The position numbers and the translations under genes are program-made. A stretch of 64,000 bases of DNA from Azolla caroliniana (Eukaryota > Plantae > Polypodiophyta), in contig JBHGNT010000020.1 of NCBI GenBank assembly GCA_043228905.1, forward strand, positions 4,154,001 through 4,218,000. The letters run 5' to 3'. Positions 63,401 through 64,000 of this stretch are shown here, one piece after another. The notes under the pieces were generated by a model. The model made no database searches and was not told where the DNA came from. It saw nothing but the letters and a program-made list of their open reading frames with translations. Numbering within the stretch: the first letter of the stretch is position 1; every line of letters begins with the position of its first letter.

Positions 63401-64000
63401 CGGTGCGAGGGTTGTCGGTTACCCGTGAAACCGATCTCGTGTTGTGGGCTAGGCCATCATGAAGGGTTGGCACTTTAGAAAATATTACCCTTCGGACTTC
63501 AATAGGCCTTTCGGCCATTTTATGCATAACCGACTCGTTGAACACGACGTCCGAACTTCAGACGATTTGTCTGTGCTTGGGGTCCCAGAGTCGGTATCCG
63601 ATCTCACCATTGGGTCCATATCCAAGGAAAACACATTTCCTTGATCTTGGTTCAAGTTTCCGGTAGTCTTCTTTCGGTATGAGGGCGTATGCCTTGCAAC
63701 CGAAGATCCTCAGCTTGTCATAAGTCGGCTTACTGCCGGTCCATATTTCTTGAGGTATTTGAAGTTCTAGAGGTCTACTTGGCAACATATTTATTATGTG
63801 TACCGTAAGTAGAGCCTCCCCTCCGCTTAGAAGCCATCCGACAATCTGGAGTGTTGGAGCATGGATACTACGCGTTCTTGAATCGTCCGATTCATGCATT
63901 CAGCAATTCCGTTCTGCTCTGGATTATAGGGTGCCGTATATTCATTTTAGTTTTCGACCGGTCTGATTTTCAACCATTGCAAGCCATTCGGAGAAGATCG
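60407..64000 (-). mobile_element. Ty1/Copia 3' part (integrase end, RT, RNase H, PPT, 3' LTR 60407-60708), decayed
   Basis: KCVFLGY, KYKARLVAKGF, QLDVKTAFLHGDL, VDDMLL, GYTDSDF, SKHIDV; PPT 60709-60716; LTR family shared with 1015-1303. Confidence 0.92.
61454..62234 (+). mobile_element. Solo LTR related to the Trp-primed family, 4-bp TSD ACGT, nested in the Copia RT
   Basis: TGTCGTA...CACGACA flanked by ACGT at 61450-61453 and 62235-62238; removal restores AVKHVFRY; U5 motif shared with the LTRs at 1713 and 27423. Confidence 0.88.

Overview
Eukaryotic land-plant genomic DNA, probably a non-seed plant such as a fern or lycophyte. That assignment is an inference from the Tcn1-like self-priming chromoviruses and the compact, microsatellite-rich genes. 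Three blocks of nested, decayed LTR retrotransposons (about 1-9.5 kb, 24.4-38.7 kb and 50.4-64 kb) alternate with two gene islands. The genes are a spliced UBP24/USP10-type deubiquitinase (+), a two-exon orphan ORF (+), an intronless TRM6/GCD10 tRNA m1A58 methyltransferase subunit (+) with a hAT MITE just upstream, and an 11-exon arogenate/prephenate dehydratase (-) that appears to lack a plastid transit peptide. Most notable signals: (i) several LTR families carry an antisense tRNA-like Pol III A-box/B-box cassette in U3, and in the chromoviral LTRs it is followed by heat-shock-element arrays, a TATA box and (in one intact element) a Tf1-type self-primer; (ii) a Gypsy element carries a second aspartic protease domain downstream of the integrase C-terminus; (iii) a tRNA-Trp-primed LTR lineage inserts at NCGT sites with 4-bp TSDs; (iv) the ADT is a candidate dedicated cytosolic prephenate dehydratase. 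All calls were made by eye, with no database searches.
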